Below, in pieces: positions 50,314 to 62,022 of a stretch of DNA of 64,000 nucleotides. The translations under genes were made by a program, and so were the position numbers. Source of the stretch: Octopus vulgaris (lineage: Eukaryota); the NCBI GenBank assembly GCA_951406725.2, contig OX597817.1, positions 85,932,001-85,996,000 of the forward strand. Reading direction: 5' to 3'. Position 1 is the first letter of the stretch; every line of letters starts with the position of its first letter. The notes under the pieces are model-generated. The model was not told the origin of the DNA, did not search any database, and saw nothing but the letters and a program-made list of their open reading frames with translations.

Positions 50314-50595
50314 CAGGGGTTCAACTATTTTTTATCTATGGATTCCTCTGATTACTATTTTAATCTGGTGAACCCTGTAGCCATTCAATGTTTAAAAACT
50401 AGTTTTACAGAAACTTTCAAAAGAATTTTTTTCCACACATTAACTTGTGTTGGCTGAACTATGTTAAAATGTTATAGAAAGAAACAACTGTATCTTTCAA
50501 TACACACATGAAAACCAACATTTTTTCAGATGCCCTTTAAAAAAAATACTGTGAATCCCCGAAAATCATATCTGTACCCTGGTTGAGAACCACTG
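50314..50595. mobile_element. hAT MITE
   Basis: CAGGGGTTTCAAC / GTTGAGAACCACTG termini; degenerate 8-bp TSD gtgcatag/gtgtaaag. Confidence 0.75.
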
Positions 50596-51100
50596 GTGTA
50601 AAGGCTCCCTTAGTGATAAAGAGACAATACTGCTTCTATAATGTTAGTATTACAAAGAGGTTATGTTAGGATGTTTCAATTTTACTTTCATCTTTCTCAT
50701 CAACTCACTATCACAAATATATTTTTAATTTTACATCTAAAAACCGTTTTTCATGGAAAGTAATTTTTTAAAACATTTTATTCAGTGATGTCCATTTAAA
50801 TGTCATTATCAGCTTGTAAATATATTTTAAGAAGCACAAATGAACATAAGTTTAGTTGTGTGTGGTTAATTCATTTTGCAACTATGTTGTTTCAAGTCCA
50901 GTTTCACAGCATGGCACACCTAGAGCAAATGTTGTGTGTAGTCCTAATCCTACCATTGCCTTGAGTGAATTTAGTTGAGAGAAACTGAAATCTGTTTGTT
51001 TGTGTCTCCGTGTGTAGATATTCCGTGGCTTGTCACTGCTTGAGCAAACAGTGAGGTTTAAATTCCCTGTTGACAGTATGACCAGTCATTCTATATTTAA

Positions 51101-51310
51101 CCCTTCAGCACTTAAACTGGCCATATCAAGCCCAAATATTCTAATTGTTATATATTCAAACTGACCATGTCTAACTTCTCACAACTACCCTACAATGTCA
51201 CTGTAAAAATAAACACATCATTGAAACCTGTAAGCTACAAGATAATGCATGATTAATTCGAAAATGTAAATAAATATGCATTATATTAGACAGCAATCTG
51301 AATGCTTAAA
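51101..51310 (+). mobile_element. piggyBac-derived MITE (same family as 19272-19862)
   Basis: TTAA-CCCTTCAGCACTTAAACTGGCC...GCTACAAGATAATGCATGATTAATT...AATCTGAATGCT. Confidence 0.8.
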
Positions 51311-52906
51311 AATCAATAGAATAAAAAAATCCCTTATTTGAAAACAGATAAATGTTGCAATAGCATGCAGCTGTAAAATCCCACCTCAACTTAATCTCTG
51401 CCCAACATATGAGTGTACAAAAGGGTAACTAAATGAACAAACAAAATTGAAAAAACTTATCTATAAAAATCATACAATCAAGTTTTCTATGGAATAAAAA
51501 GACAAAAATTCTGAACTATTCTGACATGGTATTCAATGGCAAAATTTAAACTAAGGCCAACAACAGCCTATGTAAAGAGCATTGTTTTCAAGCAGTTTAT
51601 ATAAATTTTTCCCTCTTGTTCAATGACATCAATATATATGAAGTTTGAATGAAGACATTCTCAAACCAAGATACTTGTACTTCAAGGAGCACATAAGTGA
51701 CCTTGCAAGCGCCATTTGAGGTTTGTTAAAAAAAAAACACTAGAATCTTTAAGTAATCACAACCAGCTAAATGCAATGCCTGTGTTTTGTAAACCCAAGT
51801 GGCATCACTATACATAGCACAGTCATTTGATGAATTTCAAGTTATTTCCCTCATTGACTATAAGTTTTCTTTTGCACCAGCCAGAGGCCAACAAACCATG
51901 GTAAGCAATTTCAGACTTATACAATTTGATTGATTAAAAGTAACATATTTCAAAAATTTATTGAAACCCTATGTTTTAAAAGATCAATATGAAGTACTGA
52001 CTTTTCTGTTTTCAGTCCAGTTAATTACTAAAATATTTAGTTTTCCATCCCAAATACTTACAGCAAAGATCAGAAAGTGAATCCTTCAAATTTGATTTGT
52101 CTTAAACTCTGCTACTGTTAAATTATTTCTGACATGTCAATACAAAGAGAAGTTCCATTTCTGACAAGCTCATGACATATCCCTTGAAAATTAGCTTCTT
52201 GTATAAGCTTAAAAAACAAAACAAAACAAAAACTGGTGTTTGAAGAATTCTTGCATAACAAGCCTTGGAGAATACAACTCAAGGTAGGTATCTTTTTCTT
52301 TGCAATAAAAAGGTCTTCTGCACATTGAGTACACAACTCAAACTTGTGCAATGCTGGGTTGTAGATTTGGTTTCTTAGCAACAGTGTCAAATGTCAACCC
52401 TGATTTTTTTTAAATGTAGTGTATGATTAGGGTGTGTATCTCACACAGAAGTGAGATGGCTCTGAAAAGACATTATTTCACTGATGAACTGAACAAATTC
52501 TTTTAAAGAAAATAGGATAAAGCAATCAAGTTTGTTTAACTACACAATGAATTAGATTCCAATTTTCCTGATATAAGTGAAGTGGATTATCAAATCATTT
52601 GAATCTCAGATTTAATACCAAATTTATAAAGGATTCTGGAGCTAAAGATATTTTTTGAAACTCTCACCCTAACACAATTCTGATATTCTAAGGTTAAGTT
52701 TAACCCCTCTATTTTGATTTTTTTTTAAACCACTGGGAATAAGTTTTTCAGCAGTGTGTCTAATCAAAAACAAATTTCATGCAAGACCATCAATTTAGAA
52801 TTAAGTTTCTCATCAGAAGAAACCAGCAGAATTTAATCTAATAATTGAAGGATAACCATCTCATCAAAATCAAATGTAACAAAAACTAATTTAATTTAAT
52901 TTTTAC

Positions 52907-53001
52907 CTGTGCAAAAAGTTTGGGGCTTCGTTCATAATGGTGTAATACTGCCGGACAAACTCTCGGCCAACCCACTGTGGACAGGGTTCTTCCATGACCA
53001 T
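52907..53001 (-). CDS. G3BP: G3BP (Ras GTPase-activating protein-binding protein/Rasputin) coding exon 1, start of NTF2-like domain
   Basis: Translates [31 protein letters not shown](R), matching the G3BP N-terminus [20 protein letters not shown]. Acceptor ttttaag|53017 leaves 16 nt of UTR; donor CAG|gtaaaa; 95 nt, phase 2. Confidence 0.97.
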
Positions 53002-56000
53002 TTCTGTTCAGGTTAATCTTAAAAGAAAAAAAATCAATATAAAATATACAACCAAGAGATCAATACAGGAATTTATTCAAACTTCTAGTAGTTAAAATGG
53101 CTTATTTTTCTTGCATCTTATAAATAATTGCTTTAAATTTTAACTCAACAGTATCATTAGAAATGCATAGCTGGAGCAGCTGATATTTTAGATTTCTGAT
53201 TCATTCATTATGAGTTTGACAGAATTGCTAACAACTGGCCTCACACACATGCACACAAAATTTCATATGCAATATCTATAGGCTTAATGTAGTATCCATC
53301 TAGTTAGGTTCTATCTAATCACAATAACTTCATATGCCAAGTCCATAGACTTATTGGTTGGGAAGTTTGTTTCCTAGCTACATGGTTTCAGGCTCAATCC
53401 TGCTACATGACACTATGGGTGTCTTCAACTATAACTCCAGGCTTTTCAAATCTTTTGACTGGATTTGGGAGACAGAAACTGTCAAGACACAAACACATAT
53501 ATCAATTTCTTTTGTAACACATCATATATTCTAAATGAATGTCACTGCCATACATGTCCCAATATTTTACAAAAACATACCTGACTATGGGAAAATATTA
53601 CTCTGCTTGGAAACAAAATGAAGGTTGGCAACAGGAAGGGCATCCAGCAGTAGAAAATTTGCCTCAATAGAGGCTGACCCATGCTAGCATGGAAGGGTGG
53701 AGGACTGACAAACTAAATATAGTATCTATAGTATGGTATGGTTCTATCTCTACTCAATATAACTTGAGCACATACTATGAACAGACCAGAAACTTATTTC
53801 AGACACTGTACTCCATAGAAAATGTTACATACAATTCACATCTTTTCAATATGGCAGTATACAGAACAGGATTCTAAAAATATGTTGTAATGAATTGGAA
53901 GTTTTTCAGTTTTAAAAAATATATTTAAGAAAGAGATGTACCTACAACATAAATTCTATAAAATCATAAAGAAAGACAGGGTGCAGGATTGGCATTCAAT
54001 TTTGAAAGAGGTATAAATGGATAATCAATTAGAAAATGGACATAATTTTAAACATAAGCAAACATTCATAAAATTTAAATTTCTATAACATTGCTAGATA
54101 GACTATAATTATCTTCAGAAGATGGAATATTCATCAGTACACCCCCCCCCTTGTTACCCCATTTCTTTCGAAACCCATTGCCTGTTTCAATAAATTTTGA
54201 AAATTGATTTTAGTAAAATAAAGTTTTCATTAAGCTGGTATTTGAAACATAAATTCTGAATCATGAAGGGTTTTAATTCAGAAAACTTTAAAAACAGGAA
54301 GTTTGTATCATAGAAAAAGTGGTTGTACAGGCAGGTTGGTGTCAAAAGGGTTACATAACTTTCTTCTGAATGTATCTGCTATACATGTAACTTTCAATTA
54401 CATGTATTGCAGATACATTAAATCAAGGTTGGTCTTCTAACGTGAGAATTTGTAAAGCAAATTTGCATTTGGATAGTTTAAATACCTTTTCAGTTAAAAA
54501 TATAAAGGTTCTGGCAATAGTAAACCTTAATGTTTTTGACTCAAATCCAGTATATTTCAAATCAAGAACGCAGTCTCAGGCAAATGTTGCACCTCCCCAA
54601 TAACCTTTAAAATTCATATTTTAAAATAATTCACAATTCTAAGATTTTTACCCTTTCACTCATCTTTTTGTACTCAATTCAAAAATAGATACCTGGACAA
54701 AAATCAAATCAAGAAAAGTTTGTCTAAATATATTCCTCATAATCTGAATGAAGCAAAAAAATTTGTTGCCAGGACCTTTGAGACTGGTAGAAACCATCAA
54801 CTATAGGAATCGTGCACACCTGGATTGAATGTTTTCAGAGTAAATTCTATTAACAGTCCCCAAAACCCAGGCTGTCATATCGAACCAGGAAGTAATAGCA
54901 TCTACCACCAATATTCTACTGCTGCTAGAATAAGGTTACAATAACTTCCAAACACTATGGTTACAAAACAAAAACAAAAAGCCTTTAAAAAGTTTGAGCC
55001 TGTAAAGTAATAGGCTATTCTTTAAAATGTATACAAAAAAATATAACATTCTTCATTGACAAGATACTAATTGGAATATTTAAGGTCCTCAGAGTCAGCA
55101 GATAGATGCACATTAAACAAAAAAACAACAGCAACAAATATAAAAACAGATCAATTCTAGAACTTAGATGATAAAAGCATCTATATCTACAAAAAGAAAC
55201 ACTCGTCAAGCAACAAATTTCAAACTTTTTACATATTTTTAATTGCACATATTCAAGTTCAAATTCCTATTTTAGTATTTCCTCCTTTAAACAACACAAC
55301 TCTACAAGTTCAAAAATGTACAAAAACTTCTAATGCAATATTTCCCTTGAATGCTAAAAACCAAATGACAGAGGCAAGTGGATTGAACAATATATATTAA
55401 AAAATAGAATTCAAGTTGATAGACAAAAATGTGAAGGAAAAGACCAAGTAGAAAACGTGCATGACAAGGTATAATAAGCAGATAATTTTTAACTGAAGAA
55501 TATTGATTCTAAAGAGTAAAAGTTTTTAGCTTTTGTTATTGTTTTGACAATATTTCTGAAGAAACGTGGTTTCCCTATGCTGGATAGCTTTTTGGTTATA
55601 TTATTTAAAGTGGCATTAGTTTACAATGAGAAACAACATTCAAGGAGTTTATGAGATATAAAGCTAATTATTGAAAAACTAGTATTCTTTGTGTATTAGT
55701 ATTATGGTCTTGGCAAAGAAGCTTCACCATTGAAAAAATATACTGGAGTACAGATAATAAAAAGCTCAGCATTACTGGATGATAGAAGCCAAAGAAAATG
55801 CTCTAAACAGGAAACAGTTTAAGATGTGTTTTACCCTTCTTCATATATTGCAATATCAAAGCTAAGATACAATTTCAAGTCAAAACAGGCCTAACTGAAA
55901 ATATATAATCCTTCAGTTATAAAATAGAGAACTAATCAACATTATGGTTTACATAAAAATACCAAATAAACAAAAACTTAATTTTCTATAATTAGCTGAA

Positions 56001-58149
56001 ATCTTGCACCGTAATCTATCTTGCTAGCTGTTGAGATTGTCATTTAGTTGGAGATGAACACTAAAAAGACCCCCACGATCCGAGTATTCCTTCTGTGACT
56101 ATCCCATTTCCTTTAACAGTGTATCTTGAACTACATTATCTAATGTGTCCTACATACCCTTTTAAGACAGATATGTGTAATGTGAGAAATTTAGCTAGTA
56201 TTTTTAGCAGGTCAAGTGTTAATATACAGGTCCCCATCATCGCCTAGATTTGTAGAGTCCTGTTTACTTTTAGATTAATAAACAACAATATTGGAAAACT
56301 TGGCTTCAACACAAATGAGGGAGCAAATTATAATGTATCACTTTTAACAGCAATGTTTCAATGTCGAAGCAATATTTTATGCACTTCTATTTATAAAGAA
56401 TGAAATAAAAATTACGAGACAGTATCAACTTTGCCCATTTTCACTATGACTCAACCTTTGACACCTCTTATATCTGTAGATTAAACTATTTTGAAACAGT
56501 CTTCAGACGTAATTTTTTTCCGCCTTCCTAAAAGCTTAAAAATATCACTTAGAATTTAAAAAAAGAAACAATGAAATGTAAAAACGAAAGTAATTAGATT
56601 ACGCTGAAATGAAAAAGTTCTTACTGATAGCCACTTAGAAAGACCACATCGAGAAAGGAAAAAAAAATTGGAGATGAGAAAGTGACTGGACATTGATGGT
56701 TTATAATACATCCTGCATTTAACAATTAGAAAATTTCAAATTTAGAAACATTGTCTACTGTATGTAAGGATGGGCTGTAATCTGCTGCACTAAAATTAAT
56801 ATAAAACACGATTTTTTCCCCCTTTCAATAAGCTTTCCATTTACGTAAGCTATTATTTAGTTCATGCAGTTAAGAGGCCATGAAAAACAAAAACCACAAA
56901 ATATAGATCGTGACAATGACAAAAATTTCCCCCATACTTTTTGTTTATGTCTAACATATGCAGAGAGAAAATATTGCTTACAATTTATTTATTGCTAAAG
57001 CCCATTAAAGTTTTAAATGTTTACTATTCCCTGTGGGAATAGTAGACTGGGTTTTTTTTTTTTTTAATCATAGAGTCCGGTTATTACAAAATCCAGTTCA
57101 CAAGAGTTTCGAACGAAGTTTCTGAGACTGTCATCAAAATTATGGAATCTAAATGTGAAATGGTCTTTCTTGCAGCAAGCCCAAAGCTTAAGAAGAATAG
57201 AAAATACAAGTACAGGTTGATACTAGTTTTATTCCTTTTCATTAGGAGAGTTTATTGAATCAGCTTAATACATATCCTTATGTTATTCCATTCACATGCC
57301 AGTAAAACCCCCAAGTCTATCTCAATCACAAAAACCTCATTTAGTTTCATACAGTAAAAGAAAACCAGAATGGCGACGGCTTAAATTTTACCTAGGGCTA
57401 AACAAAATTGTACATACTATAAGAATATAGCAGTTCACAAAGTAAAACATCCCTGACTCCTTAACTGGATTTCATATAAGAAGTAAATAAAATTTTACAA
57501 TCATTACTTGGAAAACTTTCAGTATTAACGTTTTATTTATTACCATGTCGAAAAGAAACTGGTAATATTTATGTACGAAAATCCACAAAGAAACAGTATT
57601 TAAGAAATTTAATTTTTACCTTTCAGCGATAAGACTGCATCATTATTTAATGCACAATTTTTTCAACAAAAACAAAAAGATCAATAAAAGCCATGTTAAA
57701 AATAACGAATGGGTATATAAAAAATCTATTTCAATTTTGCCTCATCAAAGCACTTGCTGTTTTACGGACTGTCGATCAGATTAGCTACAAAATGAAGCAC
57801 GAGGGGTGTATATGTATGTCTGTATATACAGATTATATATCATTATTCAGCTCATTGAAAACTGTACACACATTAAACACAAACTCCATCATACAAGTGA
57901 AATATATTTGAGAGTACTTATTAAAATACTTTTACGTATTTGGACAGGTCAAAAGGCTATTTAATTTCCACAATATAATTTTTTCAATGTTAAAACAAAT
58001 TTTACTTGACATAAAATGATTAAATTTTAACATTTTAAAACGAAAAGGATTTTTTGAAATGTATGAAACATTTGTAGGTTTAAGTCATTTATCAGGAAAT
58101 TTATGCAAAAAATAACAGTAGAATGAATCAGAATATTTAATAAAAATGC

Positions 58150-60750
58150 CAAAAATGAACAAATATCGGAGAGTAAAAATGCCGAGGGAAGACGACGACG
58201 GCCACGTGAGGCGATTCTCAACAAAAACTTACTAAATTACACACAAAAAACCTTACAAATTCCAAACATTTTGACTTCATTTCAACAAATAATATTTTCA
58301 CCATCAAGATGGTGATGATAACGAGAAAAAAAGTATTATTCGCAATAATTTTACAATTTCAATGTCCTTTGATTTAAAAGCAGTAATTTATTCTAGTTAC
58401 AGGGTCTCTATAAAGCAATTGTAAAATTTAATTTATCCAGAGTCTAGAAAAAAGCCAATAAAAAATGCTGGGTATCGCCCAATGGAGTTTGTATGGTAAA
58501 TGTTAAATTACAACGGAGAATGAACGTAATAATATAACACTAATCATTGAAGCAGGGAGTTGCCGACAGGAACACAAGTGATTTTTATATTGAAAATGAT
58601 AAATGAGAGAAAAAAAAACACTAGCTTGAAATCCTCCATTTTGTCGGTAATAAAAGATGGGGAGAGGAAAATGTTTGAAAAGAAAGACGGCGACTGAATC
58701 GATCTAAATGGACAACAGAAGCTTCTAGAGAGAAGACGAAGCGACAAGAAATGTTAGAGATAGAACCCCGACCGTCATTGCCGCCGTCGTCGCCAACTTA
58801 TTAAAATCAGAGCAAAAACGGTGGAGGTGTCGACTGGAAACAACAATATATATATATATATATTGGAATGGTCAAGGAAGAAGAATAATGGTAAATATCC
58901 AAGGATAGTAAGAAGAAATCACTTCAGTTTCAAACGCTACAGAAACATAAGTAAGGTAGTTAATACATAGACAAGATATAAACCAGACATTAGTTAATTC
59001 AGAATTTTCTTATTAAAAGGAAGGTTTCGGTAAAATAATAACAATATAGAATTAATAAAGACATTATATTGTGTCCAATAATACCAACAGCAGTAGTAAA
59101 CCTTTAAAACTGCTACAATGTCCTTTATTGTCGCCACATGTTTTCAATACAGAAATTATCATAGAATTTCTTTGCCCAAACGCTTTCTATTCCAAACAGT
59201 TCACAGTGAATACGAAATACGTATTCAGCGTTAATAACTTGATACAAAAAAATTGCAGCTTTTGTTCGCTCATTTAAACAAATGTTTCATCTTCAATCCG
59301 AACAAAAGAGCGGGCACCATTTTTGGCCAACGTTTCTCCCTTATTATGATCATCACAACCCATTAGGGTCAATTTTAATTAACAACGTTTCTTTGTTTTA
59401 AATAAAAAGTCAAGAGTATTGCAGAAAACCTAAACTATTACAATTGGCGCTATTTCTTGTTCAAATTTGAGAGAATTTTTTCTTTCTTCCCTCTTTTTGC
59501 TAACCAGAGTTTCAAATTAAGATTTGTGAAAATACTGAAATATCTGAAATAGCTCAAATAGATTAAAAAATGGTAAACGGTGAAGTAATCTCAAACAATG
59601 TCAGACAAGATATAGCCACAAGTTTCTACCATGGTTAAATATTTTCTTACAATTTGATTCAATCGACGTTTATGGTTGTAGGTTACTGCATTTGGATATT
59701 TAATTAGACTTATAAGACATTACTATCACTCTAATATAAGAATATAGAGGACAGATTGCAGTTTGGAAACAAAAAGATATCGGTAAATAAGGAATCGGCG
59801 ACGTAAAAAAGGTTAAAGCATGGCTTGTTAAATATTTCCGCCAAAGTAAAGTGGACATCATAAACCATTGATAAGAATCTAATTCGAAGTATTCGAAACT
59901 AACGTTCAAATTATTATTTCTAACTAAATTTTTACATTTCCGAGAATATATATGTATAATGTAACATATATTATAAATGAAAGTGTATTAGACTAATGAA
60001 ACTCAGCATGTCCCCATTTCTGAAAGGATTTGGCTGCATTTCACTTCAGAATTATTACACTGAATTTAGAAATAAACTAATTAGCATTTAGCTTAGATTA
60101 TCTTCTTCCAGTTTAAAGCAAACTAATCCCCAATCGAGAAATTTTCAAAGCCAAACCAGACATTTTATCAATGTAGAAAATAATAATAATTAGTTACTTA
60201 CTAAATTTTCATAAGATAACTTCCTACCCAGCACATGCAAGTCTGCGCAGTTCGGTAGAATTGGGAAAGACTTTGCGCAGGATAGACCCCCCGCTTACAA
60301 CAAAATGTAAACCCCAATCATCTTATCTTCCGGAAATTATCGAATACTCTTTCGCGAAGAAGAAAATAATGAAATTAAAATGTACGACTCTCGTTTTCTT
60401 TGTCTAATATTGAATTTTAAAATCTCACATGCCAAGGACACATTTTCTAAAATTTAATGTAAATAATCATAATGATAATTGATATTTAAATACCTAGCTT
60501 TAGCACTTCGGATGTTTTCGGCTATTATTCCGTAGCTATGAACTGTGCTCATGAGCTCGTTGTAAATGACCTTCCAAATTTGAAAGGATTTCGCTCTTAA
60601 AGCAATCTTTATTTGTTTTTCACATTATTTTGACGGATAAAAAATATGATACATGTCTTTTGTACAATTTTAAAATTTTCGATTAAAAGCGTAACCATGG
60701 CAATAATAGTGGACTCGTAAATTAAATATGGTGTCTCGTCGCTTTATGCT
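58150..60750. promoter_or_regulatory. CpG-enriched promoter and 5' non-coding exon region of G3BP (possibly bidirectional)
   Basis: CpG density is visibly higher than in the CpG-depleted flanks. YY1-like CCATTTT/AAGATGG motifs (58305, 58636, 59317), TGCGCA twice (60244, 60274) and TTTCGCGAA (60350). Coding exon 1 has a splice acceptor, so an upstream UTR exon must exist; exact TSS not determined. Confidence 0.55.
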
Positions 60751-61732
60751 ATTTACCGCACTTAAAATTGTTTTTTTGTTATTTGAAATCTATCTACAAA
60801 TGATCATTTTTCATTTCTCTTTTTAATTGATAAGTTAGGGCTATTTAAGGCAAAAAATTATAAAAAGTTCTAAGCATTCAAAATTTTAAAAATATGCAAC
60901 ATCTTCAACATAAACCTAATCTGTAGTAAAGGGACTGCACTTTTCTCTTTCCTTAATGTAATCCAAGAGTCTCCAACACTTCACATGTTACAACCCTATC
61001 TGATAGAATTGAAAACTTTTAACTTGAACATACACGAATTTACCACACAGAGATAATATATTTTCAGTAGCTTGTAATTCTATATTCAATTTTAAAATAG
61101 ATACATCAATGTAATCATGTTCTCTCACCAGCATGGTATTTATTTAACACAAAAATGATCTGATGGATTCAATTCAAGGTCAGATAGTCCCCCACTCCTT
61201 CCTTATCTAAGAATACTCTTTAATATTTGATTTAATAGAAGCTTTAACGAGCTGGAAGTTTTAAAGTAGTGCTTGGTTACCTTCTAATTTACAGATAGTC
61301 ACTAAGCCGCTACTGATAGGCTTTTTATTTTCTTTCTTCCTTTTTGAGGTAGTAGTGGTGCTTTTCTCTTTTAAACTCCACATAAATTGCTAGACTATGT
61401 TTATTATAATGACTTAAGGGTACCATCCAAATGAAACTTTGGTTGGATGTGTGCTAACATCATATAGCAGGCTATAAATTTTTCCAAGTTAAAATTATCT
61501 TTATATTAAAGAGAGGTTAGCTTAATCTGGATGATTGATATTGATCAGATCTGGTTTAGGAAAAGGCATGAAAACACTGTAATTTTAACTGAAATTAGAA
61601 TTAAATATGCCACAATAAAATGAAGATATAAACTCAAGGATTAAATTTAATGTACATTTCTACATTTAAGAGATGAGGAATTATGTACATTATTTACAAT
61701 TGACGATATTTGTCCTCATCTTGTCTGTTGTT

Positions 61733-61778
61733 AACACAATGTTTCGGCTGATATACCCTCCAGCCTTCATCTGGTGTC
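61733..61778 (-). ncRNA. Minimal type I hammerhead ribozyme motif (degenerate copy)
   Basis: Minus strand GACAC-CAGATGA-A-GGCTG-gagggtatat-CAGCC-GAAAC-ATT-GTGTT: perfect stem II and GAAAC, with a core U-to-A change and an inferred G-to-A change in the cleavage triplet. Confidence 0.72.
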
Positions 61779-61979
61779 TTGGGGAAATTTTGAACTTGGG
61801 TTCTCATTCCTAAAGTATTTCACTCTTAACCACTACGCCATATGCCCATGGGCTACTAACCCAAGATTCCGAGTTCAATTCCAGGCAGTGACCTGAATAA
61901 TAATAATAATAATAATAACAACAACAAAAACATTGAAAAATACCTTAGGAATGAGAACCCAAGTTCAAAATTTCCCCAA

Positions 61980-62022
61980 GACACCTGATGAAGGCTGGAG
62001 GGTATATCAGACGAAATGTGTT
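61980..62022 (+). ncRNA. Minimal type I hammerhead ribozyme motif (degenerate copy)
   Basis: GACAC-CTGATGA-A-GGCTG-gagggtatat-CAGAC-GAAA-T-GTGTT: core CUGAUGA and GAAA, stem II GGCTG/CAG(A)C, stem I GACAC/GTGTT; stem III mostly deleted. Confidence 0.75.

Noticed and set aside
61823-61893. Functional tRNA gene
   Set aside because: A and B boxes lie on opposite strands and there is no complete cloverleaf; it is a SINE head.
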